The notes: generated from the sequence alone by a model not told the origin. A stretch of DNA of 64,000 bases from Candidatus Spongiisociaceae bacterium (GCA_965202665.1 OZ241841.1:992001-1056000); one strand, 5' to 3'. Shown: positions 42,701 through 50,890, numbered from the stretch's first letter. Numbers and translations are program-made.

Positions 42701-43803
42701 GCATCCAAATCAGCCTCTCCGCAAACAGCTTGGCCGAAACTACCAGCGCTACCGCTACCATCGTCACCCGCTTACCCGCCGGGTCCGACACGCTCCCCAC
42801 CGACACCGCCGTCGCTTTCACCCTCAGCGGAAACGCCATCCGCAACTCCGACTATCGAATAAACAGCCTGACCGCCGTCATCCCCGCCGGGCAAACCCAA
42901 GCCCCCAACCTCACCATAACCATCATCAACGACAACACCCCAGAACAAGCTGAACGAATCGTCCTCACCGCCACCACCCCAGCCGGATTAACCCCCAACC
43001 CCACCACCCTCACCCTCACCATCCCCGCCAACGACGCCCAGCCCCCCGCCCCACCCCCCGCTCCCAGCGGAGGAAACCCGCCCGCCGGAGGCGGCGGAGG
43101 AGGAGGAGGTGGCGGCGGAGGAGGAGGAGGCGGGGGAGGAGGAGGCGGCGCCCCAGCCCCACCGCCTCCAGCCGCCCCGCCCGCCGCGCCCCCACCCGCC
43201 CCCGCGCCTCCCCCCGAACCGGCATGCCAAGGACGATTCTGCGACGAGGACGGCAGCGTCCATGAAGCCAACATCGAACGGATAGCCGGATGGAGAATCA
43301 CCCTCGGCTGCGACGCCACCGACTCCACCAAATACTGCCCCGGAGCCCAAATCACCCGCAGGCAAATGGCCGCCTTCCTCCACCGCGCCGTCAGCCAACG
43401 CTGGACCATCCAAAACCCCCAAAACATAGAAATCAACGATGTTCCAGCCGATGCCTGGTATCGCACCTACGCCGAATGGGGCGTCTCCGTAAACGCCTTC
43501 GAACTCACCGACGGAAACTTCAACCCCGGCGGAGTGGTAACCCGGGCTGACATGGCCATCATGATGATCGCCGCCTTCCCCCACCTCCAATCCGTGGAAG
43601 AACCCCAAAACCTCTTCCAAGACGCAACAGGACTGGACCCGACGATAATACGGGCCATCGAAGGAATGTACGGCAGAAGCGTAACCAGAGGCTGCACCAC
43701 CACCCCCCTCAACTACTGCCCGAACAAACCGGTAACCAGAGCGCAGATGGCCTCCTTCTTCGTCCGCGCCGTCAACCTCGCCCCAGCCGCCACCGGCTCA
43801 TAA
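36724..43803 (+). CDS. Giant secreted Calx-beta/Ig-like repeat surface protein with SLH-like domains, copy 3
   Basis: Same architecture; more divergent C-terminal half. Confidence 0.88.
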   Translation: MRRLGLLALATGMVLSVLPVAPAEVGAQTTVTLSWVDPSGNAVTSVGEDIGSRILRLKASVTSAPSSDLRVLLDSTPGGTASGTTWRDARTFEDRNLGRPPRIVCNGADYCVNVPYSVTISAGTTTGTSSNTTFYLKSDRITEDHETILISGTFAGYTVTDATLRITDQDRAIKVDVASDYLVLRERGEGESNNRNYGHIYWDSPNAIVGGVTNGVFTASTSSTYNARLSGMRLRFDSGTATVSNWDNSASYDVYHQHGPADDVMNAAINARSISGAVAGDTPGIRLALGIIADRKVEMDEIFYLKVDVPQGWTQFRTPITVKDANRRMGLTVDTDSEAMGDQDVLTEGDPGSGVSVSASFWNATQSQVSSATTVTLSATAQTPAGAGKATSADFTYAPSTANTISFPAGSATASGTATLAGLTVTDDMVVEGPETFYVGGSSALGTARGSVLTIYDDDADIELEVSPSSVEEQATAQRVTVTARFKGSSSVLTSATDVAVTVAGSGGASLGCPANTNDACTSLTNNQMTVSIPAGATSGSDTFMVTVPDDSTSETGEKLTVSGAASVGGTAVLVESADLPIIDAGTRVDLSLHEATAGEAALAGIAEDGGARTVRVKATARAAVTSDTTISVNVGATGGTATLGTCSGSGQSRSCASGDYDRGSETVDVTIASGETSGTADVTITPLLDTVAEGEETVRFTGSASGFAVFPVDLKITEEITLTLSQSSVGEGATNAGAASVTAAFAGATTSELSGATVVTLSFGAGENAEAQDFTAPGTALTLSIPASSTSSSATALTGLLITGDAIAEGEEKIDVGGTAEGFGVSGTELAITDDDMGVTLTVDTDSASGVQRNLSEGEAAAVRVRAAFTSATSNGLGSALQISVTAGASSPASATGGGVDFTAPGTAVVLSIPTGSTSLQSSWADLTGLSVADDTVAEGSETFLVTGTATGGATVASDTITIVDDDVDVTLSASPAEVVEQAAAHQITVTARFQGATSVLSAATPVTVTVAPADTNWAGVQTAACPISSSADVCTDQTNNQFTISIPAGDVNASGSFQLQARVDGDNTEDIEYLKLTGATSIGSVAPAQMGVYDPDRQITLSFHQASSGDPALSGITEDGGAQTVRVKATLGGNAASATTVTVNVGAAGGTATLGSTGDYTRGSATATITINSNQADGTADVVLTPRNDGTAEGAETVRFTASATGYLPDSADLSITEAIQLTVSRSSVGEGAGNAGAASVTASFAGASSSSLTQPTDVTLTFGAGEDAEAADFTAPGAALTVSIPAGSTTSSATALTGLLITGDAIAEGAEKIDIGGTAGGFRVSGTELGIADDDLGVTVEADTDSVMNGEQKNLSEGTTPAVRVRAKFTTATSNDLGSALQVRVAAGVSSPQSAVGGGTDFTAPATPVTVSIPTGPNSVESAWANLTGLAVTDDAVTEPAETFAITGTVSGRSDVTITSDTLTIGASDTALEVAASPGTVHESGSAHTIRVTAGFAGATSSALSAGTAVTVAVAAGDTDGATVAASCSQSMTEDVCTDQTGNSFTVTIPAGQTSHTGTFHLTARDDNAAEGVEKVKISGSATVAGESESDSDTINVVDSGITLSLTNASNNNAVSALSESSASTTIRVTATLPAGTTVPSGGVVVGLNIAGTATADSDNVWTEEEDYRISLPPKPASTPDGYATGVTIAQGETSGAADITITVNDDNVDEPDKTITVNGSTVTISSVVYHTVAAALTISDNDDPPANIDLALHRDDEGDIGAALTQVPEGGEDVVWVRASFQGTVTRSAATSVPIVVGKAAGESTPGTDYQTVSAFNVVIDPYQTSGTGTFTLKTDGTYDDENLEGNETLTVAGGTLAGFTIGQDTLTIIDDETITLTLTPDEVNEGDAVAAATLRAAYPGAALTTSQTINLALGGDAVAGTDYTAPTLTTLEIPANQNSATLPTFALQTTEDNIAEGDEILQITGTVAGYAVTPAAFTIKDDDNPPTSIQISLSANSLAETTSATATIVTRLPAGSDTLPTDTAVAFTLSGNAIRNSDYRINSLTAVIPAGQTQAPNLTITIINDNTPEQAERIVLTATTPAGLTPNPTTLTLTIPANDAQPPAPPPAPSGGNPPAGGGGGGGGGGGGGGGGGGGGGAPAPPPPAAPPAAPPPAPAPPPEPACQGRFCDEDGSVHEANIERIAGWRITLGCDATDSTKYCPGAQITRRQMAAFLHRAVSQRWTIQNPQNIEINDVPADAWYRTYAEWGVSVNAFELTDGNFNPGGVVTRADMAIMMIAAFPHLQSVEEPQNLFQDATGLDPTIIRAIEGMYGRSVTRGCTTTPLNYCPNKPVTRAQMASFFVRAVNLAPAATGS

Positions 43804-43836
43804 CCCCCCCCAATCCGAAGAGCCACAAAAGCCTCC

Positions 43837-43996
43837 ACCGACCAAGTCACCGACCAAGTAAGTCCCCAAAACCGTACAAGTCACCGACCAAGTCAACCCC
43901 CAAACCGACCAAGTCACTGACCAAGTAAGTCCCCAAAACCGTACAAGTCACCGTACAAGTCACCGACCAAGTAAGTCCCCAAACCGACCAAGTCAC
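43837..43996 (+). repeat. Imperfect 12-bp tandem repeat (ACCGACCAAGTC; encodes TDQV/TVQV)
   Basis: About ten units interleaved with AGTCCCCAAA(A)-like spacers. Confidence 0.85.
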
Positions 43997-44213
43997 GGAG
44001 TTACTGGCCGCTATTGCCGAAGAAGCAACGAGCGAGCAGCTGCGAAAAACCCTGAACCTCAAGCATAAAGGCCATTTTCGGACTTTCTGCCTGTTGCCCG
44101 CCTTGAAATCCGGCCTGATCGAAATGACCATCCCGGAAAAACCGCAAAGCAGCAAGCAACGCTACCGCCTAACGCCAAAAGGCCAGGATTCCCTTCAACA
44201 GACACGGGAATAA
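43837..44213 (+). pseudogene. Remnant of a Fic-type C-terminal winged-helix domain with TDQV linker
   Basis: Frame ending ...LNLKHKGHFRTFCLLPALKSGLIEMTIPEKPQSSKQRYRLTPKG..*; no start codon; frameshifts within the repeat. Confidence 0.75.
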
Positions 44214-44361
44214 CTCTTATCTGAAGATCCCATCAGCCGAGGCTGGATGAACAGCAACGACCGCCGCCCACCCGAAAACAATCTATGACCTGGGGGTTTC
44301 GCCTCCCGCGCTCCTATGGGGATTCTTCCGCCGGCGTATCGTTGCCGGGAACACCCTCCGG

Positions 44362-45072
44362 TTAGGCGGCGGTTAGGCGGTCCAAGCGGGACACATCCAC
44401 TTTCACTCCCGGACCCATCGTGGAAGACAGGGACAGGTTGCGGACATAGGACCCTTTGGCGGAAGCCGGTTTGGCCCGCACGATCTCCGACGCCAAAGCG
44501 GACAGGTTGGCGAACAGGGCCGGCGTCTCAAAGGAGGCCTTGCCGATGGGGGCGGCCACGTTACCCAACCGGTCGTTGCGGTATTCGATCTTGCCCGCTT
44601 TGAACTCTTCCACCACCCGCCCCACATCCATGGTGACGGTTCCGGCCTTCGGGTTGGGCATCAGTCCGCGGGGCCCCAAAATCTTGCCCAACTTGCCCAC
44701 TTTGGGCATCATGTCGGGAGTGGCGATCGCCACATCGAAAGCCAACTCCCCTCCGGCGGCGATGGACTCCGCCAACTCTTCGCCTCCCACCACCTCCGCC
44801 CCGGCCTGTTCGGCTTCGGCCTGGCGGTCGCCGGAGGCGAACACCGCCACCCGCACCTCCTTGCCGGTGCCGTGCGGGAGGCTGACCGTGCCCCGCACCA
44901 ACTGGTCGGCTTTGCGGGGGTCGATCCCCAACCGGAAAGCGGCTTCCACCGTCTCGTCGAAACCGGCGGTGGCCATCTGTTTGACCATCTCCACCGCTTC
45001 CTCCGGCTGATAAACGGCGTGCTTGTCGTATCCGGCCGCCGCCGCGTCGTAACGTTTACCCGAACGGGCCAT
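44362..45072 (-). CDS. rplA: 50S ribosomal protein L1
   Basis: [38 protein letters not shown]. Confidence 0.98.
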   Translation of the reverse strand: MARSGKRYDAAAAGYDKHAVYQPEEAVEMVKQMATAGFDETVEAAFRLGIDPRKADQLVRGTVSLPHGTGKEVRVAVFASGDRQAEAEQAGAEVVGGEELAESIAAGGELAFDVAIATPDMMPKVGKLGKILGPRGLMPNPKAGTVTMDVGRVVEEFKAGKIEYRNDRLGNVAAPIGKASFETPALFANLSALASEIVRAKPASAKGSYVRNLSLSSTMGPGVKVDVSRLDRLTAA

Positions 45073-45131
45073 TGGTTTCCTCCCTTGGTTCCGGCGAACC
45101 GCCGTCCGGCGGCTCTCCCAACTGGCTAACC

Positions 45132-45560
45132 CTAATTTTCCACTTCTATGCCCATGGAACGGGCGGTTCCGGCCACGATCTTCATAGCCGACTCCACATC
45201 GTTGGTGTTCAGATCGGGCAGTTTCGTTTCGGCGATGCGCCGCAACTGCTCCCGGGTGACCGAAGCCACTTTTTCCGTATGCGGCTCGGCGGAACCTTTT
45301 TCCACCCGGGCCGCCTGGCGCAACAGCACCGCCGCCGGGGGGGTTTTGGTGATGAAAGTAAAAGAGTTGTCGCCGTAGATGGTGATCTCGGCGGGAACGA
45401 TGGTGCCCGCCTGGCTCTGGGTGGCGTCGTTGTAGGCCTTGACGAACTCCATGATGTTCACCCCGTACTGGCCCAAAGCGGGACCCACCGGAGGGGCCGG
45501 GCTGGCCTCCCCGGCCGGAATCTGCAATTTTAGGATGGCGGTTACCGTTTTTCTGCCCAT
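45132..45560 (-). CDS. rplK: 50S ribosomal protein L11
   Basis: [22 protein letters not shown]. Confidence 0.98.
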   Translation of the reverse strand: MGRKTVTAILKLQIPAGEASPAPPVGPALGQYGVNIMEFVKAYNDATQSQAGTIVPAEITIYGDNSFTFITKTPPAAVLLRQAARVEKGSAEPHTEKVASVTREQLRRIAETKLPDLNTNDVESAMKIVAGTARSMGIEVEN

Positions 45561-45570
45561 AGGTCCGTCC

Positions 45571-46530
45571 TCACTGCTTCTGGATGTCCTCGAAACCCAA
45601 TTCGGTGGGTGTGTCCCGGCCGAAGATCTCCACCAAGACGGTCACTTTCTGCTGGTCCACGTTTATGTCCTCCACGATCCCGTTGAAGTCGGCGAACGGG
45701 CCGCCCACCACCCGCACCGTCTCCCCGATTTCCCAGGCGGGCTTGAACCGGGGGGCCTTTTTGGAAGACTCTTTTTTGAGTCCCAGAAACCGTTCCACTT
45801 CCCGCCGGGAAAGGGGTACCGGCTTGGTTCCGCTGCCCACGAAAGCGGTCACCCCCGGCGTGTTGCGCACCGTCAGCCAAGAATCATCGTCCAAATACAT
45901 ACGCACCAGGAGATACCCGGGGAACATTTTGCGTTCCACCTCTTCTTTGCGCCCCGCTTTGATTTCCACCACTTTCTCGGTGGGGATGACCACATCGAAA
46001 ATGCGCTCCTCCATATGCATGGATGAGGTGCGGGTGACCAGGTTGGATTTCACCTTCTTCTCTTGGCCCGAATAGGAGTTGATCACGTACCAGTCGCCGG
46101 GCAGATCGTAGGGGCTGGGCGGCTCCTCTTCTTCTACGATGGGTTCGAGGAGCGGTTCGGGCTCCGGTTCGGCGGCCGCCGCCGGCTGGGCCATGTCCGG
46201 TTCGTCCTCATCCGCCGGGGGTTCGGCTTCCATCTCGGCGAACGACTCTTCCGCTTCCATCTTTTCGGCTTCGGAGGCCAAACCCCACGGGTCGGGATCT
46301 TCGTCCGGCGGGGGGTCGCGCCGGACGGCCCACTCCGGCAGTTCGTCGGCGGGCGGCCCCTCCTCGGCGGGGGCTTCCTCCGCCGCTTCTTCCTCTTCCG
46401 GGGGTTCGGGGGGCGGCGGGACCATCGTGCCGTCCGCTCCGAACCCGGCCTGCAGGAAAGCGGCCCCCAGAGTGCCGACCCCGGCTTCCTCCGGCCCGGC
46501 TTCAGTTTCGGGGGGGGTCTGTTCCGACAT
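45571..46530 (-). CDS. nusG: Transcription termination/antitermination factor NusG with long acidic N-terminal extension
   Basis: [29 protein letters not shown] motif GPFADF; ATG at 46530. Confidence 0.95.
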   Translation of the reverse strand: MSEQTPPETEAGPEEAGVGTLGAAFLQAGFGADGTMVPPPPEPPEEEEAAEEAPAEEGPPADELPEWAVRRDPPPDEDPDPWGLASEAEKMEAEESFAEMEAEPPADEDEPDMAQPAAAAEPEPEPLLEPIVEEEEPPSPYDLPGDWYVINSYSGQEKKVKSNLVTRTSSMHMEERIFDVVIPTEKVVEIKAGRKEEVERKMFPGYLLVRMYLDDDSWLTVRNTPGVTAFVGSGTKPVPLSRREVERFLGLKKESSKKAPRFKPAWEIGETVRVVGGPFADFNGIVEDINVDQQKVTVLVEIFGRDTPTELGFEDIQKQ

Positions 46531-46532
46531 CG

Positions 46533-46850
46533 TCACCCCGTCAACGACCGTATAAAGCTGATCACCAAGCGGCCGAAGGCGATGTCCAACACCAGCACGA
46601 ACCCGGTCAGGACGGCGGAGGTGATCAAAGTGACGGTGGTGAAAGCCACCATCTGTTTGCGGCTCGGCCAAGCCACCCGCATCAGTTCCACCCGCACCTC
46701 GCGCAGGAAACCGAGCAAACGGGCGAAAATGTTCCGCTTCTCGCCGGAGGTTCCCCCGGACGGGGCCATCGGCGACCGGCGGCCGCGCTCGTCCCGGCCG
46801 CCTTTGCGGCGTTCTTCTCGCTCAGCGAGTCTTCGCATCTCGCGGTTCAT
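46533..46850 (-). CDS. secE: Preprotein translocase subunit SecE
   Basis: ELMRVAWPSR plus a single TM helix; between tRNA-Trp and nusG. Confidence 0.93.
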   Translation of the reverse strand: MNREMRRLAEREERRKGGRDERGRRSPMAPSGGTSGEKRNIFARLLGFLREVRVELMRVAWPSRKQMVAFTTVTLITSAVLTGFVLVLDIAFGRLVISFIRSLTG

Positions 46851-46884
46851 TTGTTCTTGTTCTTCCTATCGAGTTTTTTCGGGG

Positions 46885-46960
46885 CAGGGGCGGAGGGACT
46901 CGAACCCCCAACCTCCGGTTTTGGAGACCGGCGCTCTAACCAACTTCGAGCTACGCCCCT
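46885..46960 (-). tRNA. tRNA-Trp (CCA)
   Basis: Cloverleaf AGGGGCGTAGCTC...CT-CCA-AA...GTTCGAGTCC; CCA end not encoded. Confidence 0.95.
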
Positions 46961-47063
46961 CGGCCAAATCCTGATTATAGCCTAAAGGCCGCCCCTATGT
47001 CTAAACCGGCCCGCGGGCCGGGGCCGAAACAGGGGGCCTCCGGGATGACGGCCGTAGCGTAAA

Positions 47064-47468
47064 TCAGCCGGCCGCCTGGGCCCGGGCCTTCAAACCGGCC
47101 AGGGCGGCGGCCACCGCGGCCGCGGCCACCATGGACACGGTGGAGGCCACCACCGCCGCCCGTCCCCGGCGGGACGGGGGTTCGGAGGCGGGGGACAGGC
47201 CGCTCACCGGCCGAAACCCGGCGGTCTCCAAGGCGGGCGGCAACGGCTCCATCGCTTTCCGCAACGACCGCAGGCCGCCCAGAATCCGCCGTTGCCGGCT
47301 GGCGGCCGCCTGGCAGGTCAAACAAGAACCGAAATGGCGGCGCAACGGGGCGGGCAGTACCCGCTCCCCCGCCTCCACCGGATAGAGGAGGGGGGACACC
47401 AGGGCGCATTTGCCGCGGCGCATCACGTTTCGGCCGGAACGGGCGCGGGGGGAGCGGGCGCCGGTCAT
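47064..47468 (-). CDS. Putative zinc-binding anti-sigma factor
   Basis: HFGSCLTC (HxxxCxxC) and C-terminal TM; ATGA overlap with the sigma gene. Confidence 0.7.
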   Translation of the reverse strand: MTGARSPRARSGRNVMRRGKCALVSPLLYPVEAGERVLPAPLRRHFGSCLTCQAAASRQRRILGGLRSLRKAMEPLPPALETAGFRPVSGLSPASEPPSRRGRAAVVASTVSMVAAAAVAAALAGLKARAQAAG

Positions 47469-48034
47469 CGTAACATTTCCCGCAGTTTGAGATGGGCGCG
47501 ATGCAATCGCACTTTGGCCGCCGTCACCGAAATGGACAGGGCTTCGGCTATCTCCTTGTGCGACCATCCGTAAACGTCTTTCAGAATCACGATGCTCCGC
47601 TGGGCTTTGGGCAACCGGTCCAAGGCCCGGTCCAAACGGGCCCGCAACTCGGCCCGTTCCCCGGCCGTCTCCGGGTCATGGCGGCGGTCGGAGCGCAACC
47701 GGTGGCCGACCGCTTCCAAATCCACCCCGGCGTGGCGGGCGGCCCGTCCTTTCCAAGTCCAGGCGGCGTTGGCGGTTATCCGGTACAGCCAAGTCCCGAA
47801 GGCCGCCTCCCCCCGGAAACGTCCGATGGAACGCCAGGCGCGCACCATCGCCTCCTGGGCGATGTCCGCCGCCAAAGTGGGGTCGCCCGTCAAACGAACC
47901 GCCAACGTGTAAACCTCCGGTTGATGAATTCGCACCAGCTCGCTGAAAGCCGCCTGGTCTCCCCGCCGGGCCCGTTCCACCAGCGGGCTGATATCGGGTT
48001 TGACCCGTTCTTCCGGCGCCTGGTTACCGGGCAC
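47465..48034 (-). CDS. ECF RNA polymerase sigma factor
   Basis: AADIAQEA, FGTWLYRI, region 4 EIAEALSISVTAAKVRLHRA. Confidence 0.93.
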   Translation of the reverse strand: MPGNQAPEERVKPDISPLVERARRGDQAAFSELVRIHQPEVYTLAVRLTGDPTLAADIAQEAMVRAWRSIGRFRGEAAFGTWLYRITANAAWTWKGRAARHAGVDLEAVGHRLRSDRRHDPETAGERAELRARLDRALDRLPKAQRSIVILKDVYGWSHKEIAEALSISVTAAKVRLHRAHLKLREMLR

Positions 48035-48046
48035 TCGCCGGCCGCC

Positions 48047-48916
48047 CTAGCCGTCCAGCCGCAGGCTGAGGGAGGCGGCCACGTTCTCCTCCGCGGAGGC
48101 CACTGTCGTTTTCACATCCGCCAGGCTATCGGATCGGCCGGTTACTTGGGCGGAAACCCGGGCTTGGACGTCGGGCGGGAGGGGATTCCGAAACCGGAAG
48201 CGGGCTTCGGCCAGCGGGTCGGGACGGCGGACGGAGGCGGTAGCCGGCTGCGCGGCCCACGCCGCCAACAGCAAGCCGTGGCAGATCACCCCTCCCACCC
48301 CCGACTCCACCGCCCGGCGATGATCCCAGTGCACCGGGTTGAAGTCGGCGGCGGCCGCCGCGTAGCGCACCAGGTCGGCCCGGCTGGCCGACTTGGGCAA
48401 CGGCGGGTAGGAGCCGCCGACAGCGGGAACCGGATGCGCGGCCGGCGGAGAGTTTTCCCGCCGGGCTTCGGGCGGCGGCGGCGGCCGTTCCGGGGCCTGG
48501 CCGCCGGGGGGGCGCTCCCCCGACATCAGAAACACCGAGGTGGAGGCGAGGAGCGGGCGGCCCCGGTCGTCTTCCGCCTCCATCGCGAAGGTAGCGAAAG
48601 CCACTCCCCCCCGTTCCCGGATGCGCTCCACCCGCCCCCGGGCGGCGACCCGGGAGTCGATGGGCCACGGAGCCGGCCAGCGGAAAATCTGCTCGCCGTG
48701 GATGAGCATTCTGGCCCCCTCCGCCGCTTGCGGATCGTTCAGGAAGGCGGGGGCGGCCGCGAACAGCACCGCGCCCGCATAGGAGGGCGGGGCGTATTCG
48801 TTCCAGCGGTCAGGTTGGTCGCCGACCGCTTGGACGTATTCGGCTACCTTTTCGGCCGCCAACCGGATGTGAAACGGGCCGTAGGAGCGGCCTTCCAGGG
48901 AGGAAAGGGAACTCAC
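48047..48916 (-). CDS. Double hot-dog MaoC-family dehydratase (HadA/HadB-like fusion)
   Basis: LIHGEQ in the N-terminal half; YAAAAADFNPVHWD..ICHG hydratase motif in the C-terminal half; same position as mycobacterial hadABC after rpmG. Confidence 0.85.
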   Translation of the reverse strand: MSSLSSLEGRSYGPFHIRLAAEKVAEYVQAVGDQPDRWNEYAPPSYAGAVLFAAAPAFLNDPQAAEGARMLIHGEQIFRWPAPWPIDSRVAARGRVERIRERGGVAFATFAMEAEDDRGRPLLASTSVFLMSGERPPGGQAPERPPPPPEARRENSPPAAHPVPAVGGSYPPLPKSASRADLVRYAAAAADFNPVHWDHRRAVESGVGGVICHGLLLAAWAAQPATASVRRPDPLAEARFRFRNPLPPDVQARVSAQVTGRSDSLADVKTTVASAEENVAASLSLRLDG

Positions 48917-48962
48917 CGCCCCTCCCCCCGCCCGTCGGGCCCATCCGGCACGGGCGGCCCGC

Positions 48963-49142
48963 CTAACGGGTCTCGCGGTGCAGGGTGTGCCGCCGCAGGA
49001 ACGGGTTGTATTTTTTCAACTCCAGCCGGGCCTGCGTGTTGTTGCGGTTTTTGGTGGTGATGTACCGGGACGGCGGCTTGCCCTCCGCCTTGGCCTCGGT
49101 GCATTCCAAGGTGATTTTGATCCGGTTGCCTTTTTTAGCCAT
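48963..49142 (-). CDS. rpmG: 50S ribosomal protein L33 (form lacking the zinc ribbon)
   Basis: Hand translation: [59 protein letters not shown]; too short for the ORF track. Confidence 0.95.
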   Translation of the reverse strand: MAKKGNRIKITLECTEAKAEGKPPSRYITTKNRNNTQARLELKKYNPFLRRHTLHRETR

Positions 49143-49184
49143 TGCTGCGTCCCTTGTCTCGGTCTTGCCCGGTCGGCGGGGGCC

Positions 49185-50375
49185 TTACTTGTGGATTTGG
49201 GTGACGGTGCCCGCCCCCACCGTGCGGCCCCCCTCCCGGATGGCGAACCGCAAACCCTCGTCCATCGCAATAGGAGACCCCAACGTGACCGTCATCGTCG
49301 TGTTATCACCCGGCATCACCATCTCCACCCCCCCAGGCAACTCCACCTTCCCCGTCACATCCGTCGTCCTAAAATAAAACTGCGGCTGATAACCCGAGAA
49401 AAACGGATTATGCCTCCCCCCCTCCTCCTTCGTCAACACATACACCTGCGCCTCAAACACCGTATGCGGCGTAATCGACCCCGGAGCCGCCAACACCTGC
49501 CCCCGCTCCACCTCATCCTTCCCCACCCCCCGCAACAACACCCCCACATTATCCCCCGCCCTCCCCTCATCCAACAACTTACGAAACATCTCCACCCCCG
49601 TCGCCACCGACCTCCTCGTCTCCCTAATCCCCACCACCTCCACATCCCCCCCCACCCGCAACACCCCCGCCTCCACCTTCCCCGTCACCACCGTCCCCCG
49701 CCCCGTAATCGAAAACACATCCTCAATCGGCATCAAAAACGGCAAATCCACCGGCCGCTCCGGCACCGGCACAAACTCATCCACCGCCCCCAACAACTCC
49801 ATCACCCCATCCCCCGCCCCCACATCACCCTCCAACGCCCCCAACGCCGACACCCGCACCACCGGAGCCCCATCCCCATCAAACCCATACTCCCCCAACA
49901 ACTCCCGCACCTCCAACTCCACCAAATCCAACAACTCCCCATCATCCACCAAATCCACCTTATTCAACGCCACCACCACACACGGCACCCCCACCTGCCT
50001 CGCCAACAACACATGCTCCCTCGTCTGCGGCATCGGACCATCCGCCGCCGACACCACCAACACCGCCCCATCCACCTGCGCCGCCCCCGTAATCATATTC
50101 TTAATATAATCCGCATGCCCCGGCATATCCACATGCGCATAATGCCTACTCTCCGTCTCATACTCCACATGCGCAATCGAAATCGTAATCCCCCGCTCCC
50201 GCTCCTCCGGAGCCTTATCAATCTCATCAAACGCCGAAAAAACATTCACACCCCCCACCCGCTCCGCCAACACCCGCGTCACCGCCGCCGTCAACGTCGT
50301 CTTCCCATGATCAATATGACCCATCGTCCCCACATTCACATGCGGCTTCGAACGCTCAAACCTCGGCTTCCCCAT
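49185..50375 (-). CDS. tuf: Elongation factor Tu
   Basis: [37 protein letters not shown]. Confidence 0.99.
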   Translation of the reverse strand: MGKPRFERSKPHVNVGTMGHIDHGKTTLTAAVTRVLAERVGGVNVFSAFDEIDKAPEERERGITISIAHVEYETESRHYAHVDMPGHADYIKNMITGAAQVDGAVLVVSAADGPMPQTREHVLLARQVGVPCVVVALNKVDLVDDGELLDLVELEVRELLGEYGFDGDGAPVVRVSALGALEGDVGAGDGVMELLGAVDEFVPVPERPVDLPFLMPIEDVFSITGRGTVVTGKVEAGVLRVGGDVEVVGIRETRRSVATGVEMFRKLLDEGRAGDNVGVLLRGVGKDEVERGQVLAAPGSITPHTVFEAQVYVLTKEEGGRHNPFFSGYQPQFYFRTTDVTGKVELPGGVEMVMPGDNTTMTVTLGSPIAMDEGLRFAIREGGRTVGAGTVTQIHK

Positions 50376-50455
50376 GGCGTCTCTGTCTCCTTTGTCCGGT
50401 TTCGGATGTTTATCGGTCGGTTTCCCCGGCCGGGTTGTTCCCGCCGGGCTGATTG

Positions 50456-50529
50456 TAGCGGCGGGCAGACTTGAACTGCCGACCTCTCGATTATGAGTCG
50501 AGCGCTCTTACCGACTGAGCTACGCCGCC
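50456..50529 (-). tRNA. tRNA-Met (CAT)
   Basis: GGCGGCGTAGCTCAG...CT-CAT-AA...GTTCAAGTC; Ile2 identity cannot be excluded. Confidence 0.9.
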
Positions 50530-50556
50530 GCCGCCGACCGGTTTAGCCGGCCGTCG

Positions 50557-50630
50557 AGCCCCCTTCCGGATTCGAACCGGAGACCTCCTCCTTACCATGG
50601 AGGCGCTCTGGCCAACTGAGCTAAGGGGGC
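50557..50630 (-). tRNA. tRNA-Thr (GGT)
   Basis: GCCCCCTTAGCTCAG...AT-GGT-AA...GTTCGAATCC. Confidence 0.95.
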
Positions 50631-50706
50631 CCTGGTCTTGTCAGGATACCAGACCCTGGCCGGGTCCGGACCCGCCCCCCGGCCGGGGAGGCGGTTTCCC
50701 TTGTCG

Positions 50707-50788
50707 TGCCGGGAGAAGGATTCGAACCTCCGTAGGCGTAGCCGGCAGATTTACAGTCTGCTCCCTTTGGCCGCTCGGGCATCCCGGC
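50707..50788 (-). tRNA. tRNA-Tyr (GTA)
   Basis: GCCGGGATGCCCGAGCGG...CT-GTA-AA, long variable arm, GTTCGAATCC. Confidence 0.95.
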
Positions 50789-50863
50789 TCCGAGCCCGCC
50801 CATATGGGGCGGATTGTGAATGCTAGCCGTTGCCGGCCCGGTTGAAAATCGGCGGGCCGGACA

Positions 50864-50890
50864 GGGGGCCGTCAATGCCGATAATACATC
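50864..50890. repeat. 27-bp direct repeat, copy A (duplicate of the htpX 3' end)
   Basis: GGGGGCCGTCAATGCCGATAATACATC, identical to 51524-51550. Confidence 0.92.

Noticed and set aside
22012-43803. Diversity-generating retroelement or invertase-driven shufflon as the diversifier
   Set aside because: No reverse transcriptase, template repeat, recombinase or inverted cassettes seen in the window; differences include indels and all four bases. A trans-acting enzyme is not excluded.
43837-43996. Possible CRISPR array
   Set aside because: Units are 12 bp without unique spacers, they encode a TDQV linker, and no cas genes are present.
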